A stretch of 64,000 nucleotides of DNA from Candidatus Eiseniibacteriota bacterium (GTDB lineage: Bacteria > Eisenbacteria > RBG-16-71-46 > SZUA-252): positions 32,001 to 96,000 of the forward strand of contig OY969801.1 of assembly GCA_963703225.1 (NCBI GenBank). Reading direction: 5' to 3'. Position 1 is the stretch's first letter. Every line of letters begins with the position of its first letter. Below, piece after piece: positions 21,363 through 32,038 of the stretch. Below the pieces are notes generated by a model. It was not told where the DNA came from. It was given only the letters and a program-made list of their open reading frames with translations, and searched no databases. The translations under genes and the position numbers were made by a program.

Positions 21363-22672
21363 AGCGCTGGATGCTTTTCCTGGCGATCCTGGCCGGCCTG
21401 CTGCCGCTCGATAACCCTCTCTCGACGGTCTCACCCCTGGGCGCCGCCGAGCGCATCGCCGCCATCGTGAACAAGCAGGTCATCCTGGCGTCGGACGTCG
21501 ACGAGCACACGATGGAAGCGGCCGCGCGCATGCGCCTCGATCCGTCCGATTCCGTCTCCATCGCCCGGCTCAGGTCCGAAGTCCTGAACCAGATGGTGGA
21601 GAAGGAGGTCCTCCTCGCCGAGGCGCAGCGCCAGGCGATCACGGTGACAAACGTCGACGTGAGCCAGGCGGTGGACCGGGAGATCGAGGGGCTGAAGCAG
21701 CGGCTGGGCCCCGACGAGTATCCGCAAGCGCTGGCCCGCGAGAAGATGACGGAGGCCGATCTCCGCAAGAAGTACGAGCCCGACGTGCGGGACCAGCTCG
21801 TCATCTCGCGCCTCGTGAGCAAGGAAGTGCAGTCGAAGACGACCGTCACCGACGCCGAGGTCCGCGCCTACTTCGACGCGAACCGCGATTCGATCGGAAG
21901 GAAGCCCGAGACCCTGACGCTGGCCCACATTCTGGTCGCGTTCGAGCCCGACTCCGCGTCGCTCAAGAAGTCGCGGACGCGCGCCGACAGCCTGCGGACC
22001 CTGATCGTCAAGGGGCGGCCCTTTGACCAGGTCGCGCGCGATTTCTCCGACGACCCCAGCGCGAAGGCCGGAGGAGACCTGGGCACCTTCGGCCGCGGCG
22101 TGATGGTCGCGGAGTTCGAGGACGTCGCGTTCAACTTGAAGCCGATGGAGATCAGCAAGCCCGTGCGGACCCGGTTCGGCTACCACGTCATTCAGGTGCT
22201 GGAGCACGACGCGGCGACCGACTCCAGCGAGGAACGGATCCACGCGCGCCACGTGATGGTTCAGGCCAAGCCCACGCCCGCCGACGAGGAGCGCGCGCGG
22301 AAGAAGGCGATCTCGGTGCGCGACTCGCTCATGCGCGGCGCCGATTTCGCGGTCATGGCCCGAAAGTACTCGGCCGATACGGCGACCAAGGACTCGGGCG
22401 GCGTCCTGGGCGACATCGCGGTCCCCAGCCTTCCGGCCAACCTCCGCGAGCCTTTGAGCGGGCTCGCGGTGGGCGAGGTGAGCGTCCCATTCAAGCGGGA
22501 GGCGGGCTTCCACATTTTCAAGGTCTTGGATCGCGCGCCTGAGACCGCTTACAAATACGAGGACATCAAGGACGACCTGAAGCAGGTCGTGCTGAACAAG
22601 AAGCTGGAAGAAGCGTACAAGCGCTGGTACGACAAGATTCGCAAGAACGTCAACGTTGAGCTGAAGGACTGA
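21359..22672 (+). CDS. surA: SurA-like chaperone/PPIase
   Basis: ERIAAIVNKQVILASD (SurA N domain); two parvulin domains (FSDDPSAKAGGDLG, TRFGYHVI). Confidence 0.85.
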   Translation: MKRWMLFLAILAGLLPLDNPLSTVSPLGAAERIAAIVNKQVILASDVDEHTMEAAARMRLDPSDSVSIARLRSEVLNQMVEKEVLLAEAQRQAITVTNVDVSQAVDREIEGLKQRLGPDEYPQALAREKMTEADLRKKYEPDVRDQLVISRLVSKEVQSKTTVTDAEVRAYFDANRDSIGRKPETLTLAHILVAFEPDSASLKKSRTRADSLRTLIVKGRPFDQVARDFSDDPSAKAGGDLGTFGRGVMVAEFEDVAFNLKPMEISKPVRTRFGYHVIQVLEHDAATDSSEERIHARHVMVQAKPTPADEERARKKAISVRDSLMRGADFAVMARKYSADTATKDSGGVLGDIAVPSLPANLREPLSGLAVGEVSVPFKREAGFHIFKVLDRAPETAYKYEDIKDDLKQVVLNKKLEEAYKRWYDKIRKNVNVELKD

Positions 22673-22691
22673 CCGGGAGGGCCTCCCGGAC

Positions 22692-23738
22692 GTGGGAACT
22701 CGCCGCCCTACCCTCGTTCTGACCATGGGGGATCCCGCCGGGATCGGTCCCGAGATCGTCGCGCGGGCCTTGGCCTCGCCGGCGATTCGACGGTTGGCCC
22801 ATCTCGCCGTGGCCGGCGATCCCGAAGTCATGGAACGCGCGGCCCGCCGTGTTCGGCCCCGGCTTCGATTCGACGTGCTCTCTCCACGGGACGCGGATCT
22901 CCGCGGGAAGTCGGGCCCTGGCATTCCGCTCCTGGCCACGACCCAGGACGGGTGGGATTCGATCCGCCCCGGCTCGCCCACCGCCACATCGGGGCGGATG
23001 GCGGCCAAAGCAATCGAAGCGGCCGCCCATCTGGCCCTCGAGGGTCGGGCGGACGGGATCGTCACGGCGCCGATCTCGAAGACAGCTCTCCAGGCCGCCG
23101 GCTATCCCTTTCCTGGCCACACGGAGTTCTTGGGGTCGCTGGCGCGCGTGCCCGAAACTCGAATGCTCTTCGTGGCCAAGCCATTTCGGATCGTCCTCGC
23201 CACCGTCCACGTTCCGCTCCGCCGGGTTTCGGAGGCACTGAGCTTCGATTCGCTCGTGCGGACCCTGGAGATGTCGGCGGCGGCGCTTCGAAACTTCGGG
23301 TGGGGCGCCCGGCGCGCGGTGGCCGTGCTCGGGCTGAACCCCCACGCCGGAGAGGGAGGGCTCTTTGGCGACGAGGAGTCGCGGGTGATCGAGCCCGCGA
23401 TCCAGGCCGCCAAGGTGCGGGGCATCCGCGCGGAGGGGCCCTATCCCGCCGACACATTTTTTTCCCAGCACGCGAAACGACGCGACCTCGGTATCGTCGT
23501 GGCGATGTACCATGACCAGGGACTCATCCCGGCGAAGAGTGGGGGAATTGGAGGTGCGGCGAACGTGACGCTGGGGCTGCCATTCATTCGTAGCTCGGTC
23601 GACCACGGAACGGCGTTCGACCGGGCCTGGAAGGGCGCGTCGCGCGCCCCCGATCCCTCCGGTCTGGCCACCGCGATCCGCGTCGGCGCCGATCTCGCGT
23701 CGCGCGCGCGGCGGCCGATGGAGTGGACATGGCCCTGA
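22692..23738 (+). CDS. pdxA: 4-hydroxythreonine-4-phosphate dehydrogenase
   Basis: TMGDPAGIGPE, GHTEFL, NPHAGEGG, AMYHDQG, RSSVDHGTAFD. Confidence 0.96.
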   Translation: MGTRRPTLVLTMGDPAGIGPEIVARALASPAIRRLAHLAVAGDPEVMERAARRVRPRLRFDVLSPRDADLRGKSGPGIPLLATTQDGWDSIRPGSPTATSGRMAAKAIEAAAHLALEGRADGIVTAPISKTALQAAGYPFPGHTEFLGSLARVPETRMLFVAKPFRIVLATVHVPLRRVSEALSFDSLVRTLEMSAAALRNFGWGARRAVAVLGLNPHAGEGGLFGDEESRVIEPAIQAAKVRGIRAEGPYPADTFFSQHAKRRDLGIVVAMYHDQGLIPAKSGGIGGAANVTLGLPFIRSSVDHGTAFDRAWKGASRAPDPSGLATAIRVGADLASRARRPMEWTWP

Positions 23739-24463
23739 TCCGTCTCGAGCACGTGGGGAAGAACTTTGGCGGACGGATCGCGCTGAGCGACGTCACGCTC
23801 GCCTTCGAGCCGGGCGAATGGGTCTTCGTCCTCGGGCCCAGCGGCGCGGGGAAGTCGACGCTGCTGAGAGTCCTCGCCCTCGCGGAGCGGCCGACGACCG
23901 GACGCGTCGAGGTCGATCCCGATGCGGCGGTTCGGCCGGGCAATGGCCCCGTGCCCGAAGGCGATGAGTCCGACGAGTCCCGTCGCCCCGCGAAGCGAAT
24001 CCCGCTCCGACGCATGAGGCGGCTCGTCGGCGTCCTGGGGCAGGAATTCCGCCTGCTGGCGGACCGAAGCGTCTACGAAAACATCGCGCTGGCTTGCCAG
24101 ATCTCCGGGGTTTGGGATCGCGCCAAGATCCGCGACCGGGTGACGCCGCTCCTCGACGAGATGGGGATCCGAGGCAAGGAGCTGCTCTTTCCCGACGATC
24201 TCTCGGCCGGCGAGAAGCAGCGCGTCGCGTTGGCCCGGGCCATGGCGCGGCACCCGCGAATCCTGATCGCGGACGAGCCGACCGGAAACCTCGATCCGGC
24301 CGCTGCCGGCCAGATCTTTTCGCTCCTTCGCGAAATCAGCAAGCGCGGCACGCTGGTCGCGGTCGCGACCCACGCGGAGGATTGGGTGCGCCGCCATCCA
24401 GGTCGGGCGATCCGGCTGGAGCGCGGAATCCTGCGATCCGATCAGACGGAGGGGGCGGCGTGA
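23729..24463 (+). CDS. ftsE: Cell division ATP-binding protein FtsE
   Basis: GPSGAGKST, QEFRLL, LSAGEKQRVALARA, ADEPTGNLD; upstream of ftsX. Confidence 0.9.
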   Translation: MALIRLEHVGKNFGGRIALSDVTLAFEPGEWVFVLGPSGAGKSTLLRVLALAERPTTGRVEVDPDAAVRPGNGPVPEGDESDESRRPAKRIPLRRMRRLVGVLGQEFRLLADRSVYENIALACQISGVWDRAKIRDRVTPLLDEMGIRGKELLFPDDLSAGEKQRVALARAMARHPRILIADEPTGNLDPAAAGQIFSLLREISKRGTLVAVATHAEDWVRRHPGRAIRLERGILRSDQTEGAA

Positions 24464-25338
24464 GCGCGGGGGGCGCGGTCGGCTACATCACCCGGGAGCT
24501 TTGGCGGGGACTGGTCCGGCACCGAGCGCTCTGCGTCACCAGCGTCATCTCGATGGCCTCGATTCTCCTCATCTTTCTCCTCTTCCTGATGGTCCTACAG
24601 AGCGTGGACCAGTACACGTCCCACCTCGAGTCGAGGGAGGAAGTGTCGGTATTTCTCAACGAGGGCCTGTCGCGATCCGACCTGGCCTCCGTGGCCGCGG
24701 CGCTCCGATCGATCGACGGCGTGGACAGCGTTCGGTACGTGAGCAAGGACGAGGCGTGGGAGACGTTTCGCCAGGACATCTCCGATGAGGCGATCGTCCA
24801 GGCGGTAGGCTCGAACCCGCTCCCCGCTTCCTATGTGCTTCGCCCCGCGCCGGGCTACCGCTCGTCGGACGGGGTCCGCTCGATCGCCCGCGAAGCCGAG
24901 ACCGTGCCGCACGTGGAGGACGTCCGCTACGCCGGCGAGTGGGTGCTACGGGCGGAGCAGGTGGTCCACACGCTGCAGAAGATCGGGGCCGCGCTGGGGA
25001 TGATCGTGCTCCTGGGAGTGCTCTTCGTCGTCGGCGCCACCACGCGGCTTTCGGTCCAGACGCGCCTCGACTCCATCCACTTGATCCGCTCCCTCGGCGG
25101 CGGCTTTCTGTTCAACGAGGCGCCCTACCTGGCGGAGGGCTTCGTCCTCGCGGCGGTGTCATCGATCCTCACGATCGGGCTGGCCCGCCTCTTGAACGTC
25201 TCCCTGGCCGAGGGGCTCTTCCGGCTCCAGTTCCTTCCGATCCCGGCGCTGATCGGGTTCGTGGCCGTGAGCGGCCTACTCGGACTTCTCGGTAGCTGGA
25301 TCGCCGTCGCGACGCTCCCGAAGAAATGGCTTCTCTAG
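24460..25338 (+). CDS. ftsX: Cell division permease FtsX
   Basis: TM, YVSKDEAWETF, NPLPAS, PYLAEG; four-TM layout. Confidence 0.92.
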   Translation: MSAGGAVGYITRELWRGLVRHRALCVTSVISMASILLIFLLFLMVLQSVDQYTSHLESREEVSVFLNEGLSRSDLASVAAALRSIDGVDSVRYVSKDEAWETFRQDISDEAIVQAVGSNPLPASYVLRPAPGYRSSDGVRSIAREAETVPHVEDVRYAGEWVLRAEQVVHTLQKIGAALGMIVLLGVLFVVGATTRLSVQTRLDSIHLIRSLGGGFLFNEAPYLAEGFVLAAVSSILTIGLARLLNVSLAEGLFRLQFLPIPALIGFVAVSGLLGLLGSWIAVATLPKKWLL

Positions 25339-26657
25339 CCGCCCGCTCGGCCTCGGGCGGCTGGCCCGTCGCCGCGCTTCTGTCCGCGGCTTTCGTGTTC
25401 GCGGCGGTTCTGCTCGCGGCGGTTCTGCCGTTGCCGGCCGGCGCGCAGGGAGAGCCTTCTGCCGGCTCGGCGGCCGCGACTCCAAACACCACCGCGCCCA
25501 CGGCACCGCCCGACACGGCCAGCGCTCCACCGGCCCGCGTCCCGAGCGAGACCGAAGTCGAGATCGAATCGCAGCGCCGCGAGCTGGAGTCGCTCAAGAG
25601 GCAGCTCGACGAGCGCCGCGAGATCTCCAAGGATCTCAAAGGCAAGGAGAAGAACCTTCTCGGCCAGCTGCGAGAGACCGAGAAGAGCCTCCAGCTTACG
25701 ATGCGATACCTCAACGCGCTGGAGCGGAGGCGTCAGACCGTCTCCGCCAATCTGGGGGACGCGACCACGGAGCTGGCGCGCACCGCGATCCAGCTCGATA
25801 CCGAGCGGCGACGTCTGGCGTGGCGCGTGCGCGAGATCTACAAGCGGGGACGGAGCGCGGATCTCGAGTACGTCCTCTCGGCCCGCTCGTTCGGCGACCT
25901 CGTCGCGCGGACCTACTACCTGGCGCGGATCGCGCAGGACGATCGGGGCCAAGTTCTGCTCACCCAGGCCCGGCGATCGCAGGTGCAGGACGAGAAGACA
26001 CGCCTGGAGTCTCGGAAGCGCGAGCTCGACCGGCTCAAGGCCGAGACGGACCGCGAGCGGCGGACCTTGAGCCAGCTCACCAACGAGCGCCGCACCCTTC
26101 TCCAGAAGATTCGCTCCGACTCCAAGTCGAACGAGCAGGCGTCCCAGGAGCTGGAGCGCGCCAGCAAGCGGATCCGGAGCCTGATCGATCAGCTGGAGAA
26201 GCGGCGCCTCGCGGCCGAGCGGGGGGCGCCGGGCACCGAGCCGCCGCTCCTCGGGGACTTTGGGAAGAACAAGGGGCGGCTCCCCTGGCCCGTGAACGGC
26301 CGGGTGGCCCGGAGCTTCGGCAACCAGACGAACCCGCGCTTCAATACCACTACCTTCAATAGCGGCATCGACATCGCGGCTTCGTTCGGGACCCCGATCG
26401 CGGCGGTCGCGAAGGGGCGGGTGGAATACGTCAACTGGCTCGAGGGGTACGGCAAGTGTGCTATCATCAATCACGGCGGCGGTTTCTACACGCTCTACGC
26501 TCACGCATCCGAGATCATCGTCACGGTCGGTAAGGATGTGGCCGCCGGTGAGACCATCGGCCGGGTCGGTGACACCGGCTCTACCATAGGTACGGCGCTC
26601 CACTTCGAGATCCGCAAGGGGCGGGAGGCGTTGAACCCCCTTGATTGGTTCCGTTGA
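25326..26657 (+). CDS. envC: Murein hydrolase activator EnvC (coiled coil plus M23 domain)
   Basis: Long coiled coil, KGRLPWPVNG, NSGIDI, TLYAH, LHFEIR. Confidence 0.88.
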   Translation: MASLAARSASGGWPVAALLSAAFVFAAVLLAAVLPLPAGAQGEPSAGSAAATPNTTAPTAPPDTASAPPARVPSETEVEIESQRRELESLKRQLDERREISKDLKGKEKNLLGQLRETEKSLQLTMRYLNALERRRQTVSANLGDATTELARTAIQLDTERRRLAWRVREIYKRGRSADLEYVLSARSFGDLVARTYYLARIAQDDRGQVLLTQARRSQVQDEKTRLESRKRELDRLKAETDRERRTLSQLTNERRTLLQKIRSDSKSNEQASQELERASKRIRSLIDQLEKRRLAAERGAPGTEPPLLGDFGKNKGRLPWPVNGRVARSFGNQTNPRFNTTTFNSGIDIAASFGTPIAAVAKGRVEYVNWLEGYGKCAIINHGGGFYTLYAHASEIIVTVGKDVAAGETIGRVGDTGSTIGTALHFEIRKGREALNPLDWFR

Positions 26658-26669
26658 GCCGTATTCTCC

Positions 26670-27864
26670 ATGACACCAGGCACGCTGCGCGGCCAGGACG
26701 AAGCGCTCGCGCTTCTCCACGCCGCCCTTAAATCGCATCACGTAGGACACGCCTACCTGTTCCACGGCCCGGCCGGCGTTGGGAAGACAAAGGCGGCCCT
26801 TCTTCTTCGCCCAAGCGCTCCTCTGCGACTCGCCGCTTCCGGACGGTCAAGCGTGCGGCCGTGCGCCTCCTGCCGCGACGTATCCAACCTCCGCCACCCC
26901 GACCTCGAGCTCTTGGTCCCGCTTCCGACGTTTCGGACCGAGGGGCGGACCGAGCGCCAGGCCGAGGAGGCGCGGGCCGAGGCGCGGGCCTCGGTCCTCG
27001 CGCGGGTGGCGAGCGAGCCCTTCTTCGTTCCGATCTTCTCCCGCCCTCCGGTCCATTCGGTCGAGGATCTGGCACGGGCGAAGCTGTTCCTCTCCCTGAC
27101 GGCCCAGCGGGAAAACGGCGCGAAGGTGCTCATCGTGAAGGGCGCCGAGGCGATCACCGGTCCGGCCGCCCACGCCTTCTTGAAGATTCTCGAAGAGCCG
27201 CTGCCGCGCCGGGTGCTGATCCTCTGCGCGCGGCAGACAAGGGCGCTCTTGCCCACGATCTCCTCTCGATGCCTCCACGTGCGGTTTCGGCCGCTCCGGG
27301 CCGACTTCATCGCCTCGGCTTTGGTTGAGTCGCGCCAGGTGTCCAAGCCGATCGCGCGGCTTCTCGCGAGCACGTCGCAGGGAAGTTTGGGGCGGGCGCT
27401 CTCGTTCCTCGAAACGCCGATCGACGCGACGGCGAAGGAGGCGCCGGGCGAAGCCGAGTTCACGCGGCTCAAGGCCGCCGCGGTCGAGATTTTCGTGCGG
27501 CCCAAGACGGCAGCGATCCTGGGCCCGCTCCGTCGCGCCCGGATCGAGCGCGACCGGGGCCGGTTTCTCTCCACGGTGTCGCTGGCCCTCTACTACTACC
27601 GGGACGCGATCCGGCTGCAAGCTGGGCGGCGAGAACGTGCCGCTGGCCCACGAGGACTTGAGGCGGGAGATCGCGTCCGATGCCCAGAAACTTCCGATCC
27701 TCGCGCTGACGCGGCGCGTCCGCATTCTCGAGGAAATCGCGTCCGCCGTTCATTCCAACGTGACCGCGGCCTACGCGGTCGCATCCGCCCAGTACCGGAT
27801 GGGGCTGGGCCCCGATGAAACCTTCGCAGGAGGACCCGCGCGAGCGGGGATCCGTCATGGTTGA
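26670..27864 (+). CDS. holB: DNA polymerase III delta' subunit (frameshifts near 26803, 26862 and 27620)
   Basis: HAYLFHGPAGVGKT, Zn cysteines LLC...CG..CASC, HPD, LKILEEP, LLPTISSRC. Confidence 0.9.
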
Positions 27865-28829
27865 TTCGAAGTCGGCAGTCGCCGAGGCCGCCGATGCGGT
27901 CGAGGTCGTCTTCAAGGGACGCCGGCGCGGGCACTACGCGAACCCGCGCGAGCTTCCCGTGCACGAAGGGGATTACGTCGTGGTTCAGGCCGAGCGGGGC
28001 GAGGACCTGGGCCGCATCCACCACACCAGCGAGTGGGTGAAGCTCGCCCAGGCGCACGGGTCGCTCAAGCAGCTCCTCCGCGTGGCGCGGCCGGAGGATC
28101 TCGATCTCCACGAGCGAAACCGCGCCAAGGAAGAGCGGGCCTTCCAGATCTGCAAGGATCGGATCGTCCAGCGGGACGTCGAGATGAAGCTGGTCGATTG
28201 CGAGTACCAGCTGGACGGAAACCGCGTGACCTTCTACTTCACCGCGGAGAAGCGCGTCGATTTCCGCGACCTGGTGAAGGATCTGGCCTCGGCGTTTCGG
28301 ACCCGGATCGAGCTCCGCCAGATCGGCGTGCGCGACGAGGCGGGGAGGATCGGCGGCGTGGGCACGTGCGGAAGGGAGCTTTGCTGCGCCACCTGGCTCC
28401 GGGAATTCGAGCCGATCACGCTCAAGATGGCGAAGGACCAGGGGCTCTCGCCGAGCCCATCCAAGATCTCGGGCGCGTGCGGGCGGCTCAAGTGCTGCCT
28501 CCGCTACGAGCTCGACTTCTACAAGGAGGCGGCGCGGGAGTTCCCCAAGATCGGGAGCAAGATCACCCTCCCCGACGGGGAGTGGGAAGTGGGGCGCGTC
28601 GACATCTTCTACCGAACGCTCCACCTGGTCGACGAGGGGGGAAAGGAATCCGTCGGTTCAGCTCGGGGCGCTTCCCGCGGGGACCAAGATCGTCGGCCCG
28701 AGCCGGGACCGCCGCAAAGGCTGCGACAAGAAGGAGTGCGCCTCCCGCGGCACCAAGCCCGGCGACGGAGAGAATCCGCCCCCGAGGCACGGGCACCGGC
28801 ACGGGCCCAAGTCCCCCTCGGAGAATTGA
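27857..28829 (+). CDS. PSP1/YaaT (RicT) family protein (frameshift near 28650)
   Basis: FYFTAEKRVDFRDLVKDLA, RIELRQIGVRDEA, CGRELCC, SGACGRLKCCLRYE; the likely real tail is in the +1 frame and ends at TGA 28827-28829. Confidence 0.92.
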
Positions 28830-30349
28830 TGGCCAAGTTTTATCTGACGACCGCGATCGACTACGTGAACAGCGCGCCCCACGTGGGGACCGCGTACGAG
28901 AAGATCGCGGCGGACGCCATCGCGCGCTACAAGCGGCTGGCCGGCTTCGACACCCGGTTTCTCATGGGGAACGACGAGCACTCGACGAACGTGGCCAGGG
29001 CCGCGCGCGAGAAGGGGCTCGATCCCAAGACGTACTGCGACCAGATGGAAACGGTCTTTCGGGGTGTCTGGAGTCGGCTCGACATCTCGTACGACGACTT
29101 CATCCGGACCACCGAGCCAAGGCACATCCGGGGCGTCCAAGCGCTGTTCGAGAAGATCGCGGCGGCCGGCGACATCTATAAGGGGAAGTACGAAGGCTAC
29201 TACTGCGTCAGCTGCGAGCGCTTCTACCCCGAGAAGGACCTGGTGGACGGCAAGTGCCCCGTCCACAAGACGACGACCGAGTGGCTGAGCGAGGACAACT
29301 ACTTCTTCAAGCTCTCGGCCTACGGGCCGAGGCTCTTGCAGCACATCCGCGCCCATCCCGAATTCATCATCCCCGAGATCCGCAAGAACGAAATCGTGAA
29401 CGTGATCGAGGGAGGACTCGAGGATATCTCGGTCTCGCGCTCCTCGGTCTCGTGGGGAATCCCGCTTCCGGCCGATCCGGGGCAAACCGTCTACGTCTGG
29501 TTCGACGCGCTGATCAACTACATCACGGGCCTCGGGTACCCGGAATTGAACGGGCTCTTCTCCCGCTACTGGCCCGCCGATCTCCACGTGATCGGGAAGG
29601 ACATCACCCGGTTTCACTGCGTGATCTGGCCCGCGATGCTCCTGAGCGCCGGCGTGACGCTCCCGCGCAGCATCCTCGGCCACGGCTGGGTCCACTTTCA
29701 GGGCGAGAAGCTTTCCAAATCGCTCGGGAACATCGTGAGCCCGCTCGACATCGCGGACCGCTGGGGGGCCGACTCGCTCCGCTATTACCTGCTCAAGGAA
29801 GTGCCGCTCTCGCGCGACGGCGATTTCACCTGGGACCTCTTCATCCAGCGCTACAACTCCGACCTGGCGAACGACTGGGGAAACCTCTTCACCCGGACGA
29901 TCTCCATGGTGCACCGCTACCGGGCCGGGAAACTCTCCGCCGCGGCCCCCGGCCAGGAGCTGGGCGGGGTGATCCAGGCCGCGATCCGCGACTACCGCGC
30001 CGCGGTGGAACGGTACGAGCTGGAGGGAGGGATCGAGGCGGCGTGGACGATCGTCCGGCGCGCGAACCAGCTGGTGGAGGAGCAGGCGCCCTGGAAGCTG
30101 GCCAAGGATCCCGCCCGCGCGGCCGACCTCGACAGTCTTTTGGGCTCGCTCGCCGTGGCGCTCCAGCACACGGCGCTCCTCCTCTACCCGATCATGCCCG
30201 CCAAGGCCCGGACCGTCTGGGAGACCCTCCGACTGACGCCGCCACTCGAAGAGGCGCGGTTTCCCGAGGGAGGGGCGCTCCTGCCCCCACCCCCCACGGG
30301 GGTCGCCGTGGGCGAGTCCCAGCCGCTATTCCCCCGAATCGAGCGATGA
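28829..30349 (+). CDS. metG: Methionine--tRNA ligase, short form without the C-terminal tRNA-binding domain
   Basis: MAKFYLTTAIDYVNSAPHVG, YVWFDALINY, GKDITRFH, KLSKS. Confidence 0.97.
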   Translation: MAKFYLTTAIDYVNSAPHVGTAYEKIAADAIARYKRLAGFDTRFLMGNDEHSTNVARAAREKGLDPKTYCDQMETVFRGVWSRLDISYDDFIRTTEPRHIRGVQALFEKIAAAGDIYKGKYEGYYCVSCERFYPEKDLVDGKCPVHKTTTEWLSEDNYFFKLSAYGPRLLQHIRAHPEFIIPEIRKNEIVNVIEGGLEDISVSRSSVSWGIPLPADPGQTVYVWFDALINYITGLGYPELNGLFSRYWPADLHVIGKDITRFHCVIWPAMLLSAGVTLPRSILGHGWVHFQGEKLSKSLGNIVSPLDIADRWGADSLRYYLLKEVPLSRDGDFTWDLFIQRYNSDLANDWGNLFTRTISMVHRYRAGKLSAAAPGQELGGVIQAAIRDYRAAVERYELEGGIEAAWTIVRRANQLVEEQAPWKLAKDPARAADLDSLLGSLAVALQHTALLLYPIMPAKARTVWETLRLTPPLEEARFPEGGALLPPPPTGVAVGESQPLFPRIER

Positions 30350-31107
30350 TCGACACCCACGCCCACGTGGGGAGGGAAGAATTCGACGCCGACAGGGACG
30401 AAGTCCTGGCGCGGGGCCGGGCGGCCGGTGTTTCAATCCTTATCGAGGCCGGGACGGACGCCGCCTCGAGCCGAGGCGCGATCTCCCTCGCCCGGCGCAT
30501 CCCGGGGGTCAGGGCCGCGGTGGGGTTTCACCCCTGCGACGTCCGGGCCGAACGGCTGGGCGAAATGGATGAGATCGAGGCGCTCGCCTCGGAGCCCGAG
30601 GTCGTCGCCATCGGCGAGACCGGCCTCGATTCACACTGGCCCGACAACGCACCCCCCGACGTACAGGAGGAATTTCTGAGGCGCCACATCGCGCTCTCCA
30701 AGAAGTCGGGGAAGCCGCTGGTACTCCATCATCGGAAGGCCGGCGAGCGGGTGGCGGAAATCTTGGAGCGAGAGGGGCCGCCGGCCGCGGGGGGCACCTT
30801 CCACTGTTTTGCCGGAGATTTGGCGCTGGCGCGGCGCGTGATCGCCATGGGCTTCAAGCTCGGAGTGGGAGGGTCGTCCACCTTCAAGAAGAGCCCGATT
30901 CCGGCGATCCTGCGCGAGATCGATCTGGGGTCCATCGTGCTGGAGACCGATTCGCCCTACCTCGCGCCCACGCCCCATCGCGGAAAACGAAACGAGCCGG
31001 CCTACCTCGCGCTGGTGCGCGATCAGGTCGCGGGATCGCTCGGAATCGCGCCGGAGGCGCTGGAGCAGGCGACCGATGCCACGGCTCGCGCCCTCTTCAA
31101 GCTCTAA
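30346..31107 (+). CDS. tatD: TatD family DNase
   Basis: MIDTHAH, GFHP, AIGETGLD, FHCF, LETDSPYLAP. Confidence 0.96.
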   Translation: MIDTHAHVGREEFDADRDEVLARGRAAGVSILIEAGTDAASSRGAISLARRIPGVRAAVGFHPCDVRAERLGEMDEIEALASEPEVVAIGETGLDSHWPDNAPPDVQEEFLRRHIALSKKSGKPLVLHHRKAGERVAEILEREGPPAAGGTFHCFAGDLALARRVIAMGFKLGVGGSSTFKKSPIPAILREIDLGSIVLETDSPYLAPTPHRGKRNEPAYLALVRDQVAGSLGIAPEALEQATDATARALFKL

Positions 31108-32038
31108 GAGCCCCACGTCGGGCAGGAGCCCCACGTCGGGCGTTTCGGCCGCCCTCCGCTCCCTGGGCGTGCGGCCGAGCCGACGGCTCGGGCAGAATTT
31201 TCTGTCCGACCCGCGGGTGGCCGCGCGGATCGCGGCACTCGTCGACAGTCCGGCCGAGCCGGTCTTGGAGATTGGACCGGGACTCGGATCGCTCACGACG
31301 CTCCTCGCGCGGAGCGGCCGGCCGCTCGTGGCGGTGGAGCTGGATCTCAGGCTGGCCGAGGCGGTGGAGGGCGCGCTCGCGCCCTACCCCAACGCGCGCG
31401 TGGTGCGGGGCGACATCCTCGATCAGCGTCTAGAGTCGCTCTTCCCCGGCGCCTCTGGCGAGGTGAGGGGCGCCGCGGCGGGGCGTGGCGAGAGAGGTGG
31501 CGTGGCCGCCCCAGTGACCGTCGTCGGAAACCTTCCCTATTCGATCACGACGCCCGCGGTGGAGTGGATCCTCGCGCAGGGGCCCCAGGTGGGCCGAGCC
31601 CTTCTGATGGTGCAGCGCGAGTACGCCGAGCGGCTGGCGGCCTCGCCAGGAGGAAAGGATTTTGGCTCAATCAGCGTCTTCGTCGGCCTTCACGCGGAAA
31701 TGAAGGCGCTATTTCGCGTCTCGCCTGGGGCGTTCCATCCCCGCCCCGAAGTCGACTCCGTGGTGCTGGAGCTCAAGCCGCGGCCTTATCCAGGGACGAC
31801 GGCCGCGGAGCGGAGCGCGGTGGAGCGACTGGCACGGGCCGGAATGGGGACGCGGCGGAAGACCTTGACGAATTCCCTCGCACACGGGCTCGCGCTCACG
31901 GCGGGCGACGCGCGAGCGCTCCTCGAATCGGCGGGCATCGATCCCGGGCGCCGCGGAGAAACGCTTCGAATCGACGAGTGGGTCTCGGTGGCGCGCCGAT
32001 GGCTCGGCACGCCCGCGGCGGCTGGGGGCACCCGGTGA
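31076..32038 (+). CDS. rsmA: 16S rRNA m6,2A dimethyltransferase RsmA/KsgA (start uncertain)
   Basis: LGQNFL, LEIGPGLG, VGNLPYSIT, MVQRE, PRPEVDS, RRKTL. Confidence 0.95.
   Translation: MPRLAPSSSSKSPTSGRSPTSGVSAALRSLGVRPSRRLGQNFLSDPRVAARIAALVDSPAEPVLEIGPGLGSLTTLLARSGRPLVAVELDLRLAEAVEGALAPYPNARVVRGDILDQRLESLFPGASGEVRGAAAGRGERGGVAAPVTVVGNLPYSITTPAVEWILAQGPQVGRALLMVQREYAERLAASPGGKDFGSISVFVGLHAEMKALFRVSPGAFHPRPEVDSVVLELKPRPYPGTTAAERSAVERLARAGMGTRRKTLTNSLAHGLALTAGDARALLESAGIDPGRRGETLRIDEWVSVARRWLGTPAAAGGTR
31108..31141 (+). repeat. Tandem duplication with 18-bp period at the rsmA 5' end
   Basis: GAGCCCCACGTCGGGC at 31108-31123 and 31126-31141. Confidence 0.85.

Noticed and set aside
22673..22689. 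CCGGGAG-GGC-CTCCCGG hairpin as a terminator
   Set aside because: No T-tract, and it lies in a 19-bp gap within an apparent operon
27815..30349. Apparent 844-aa PSP1-MetG fusion protein
   Set aside because: One extra base near 28650 explains it. The +1 frame gives a plausible PSP1 tail ending in a TGA that overlaps the metG ATG (TGATG at 28827-28831).
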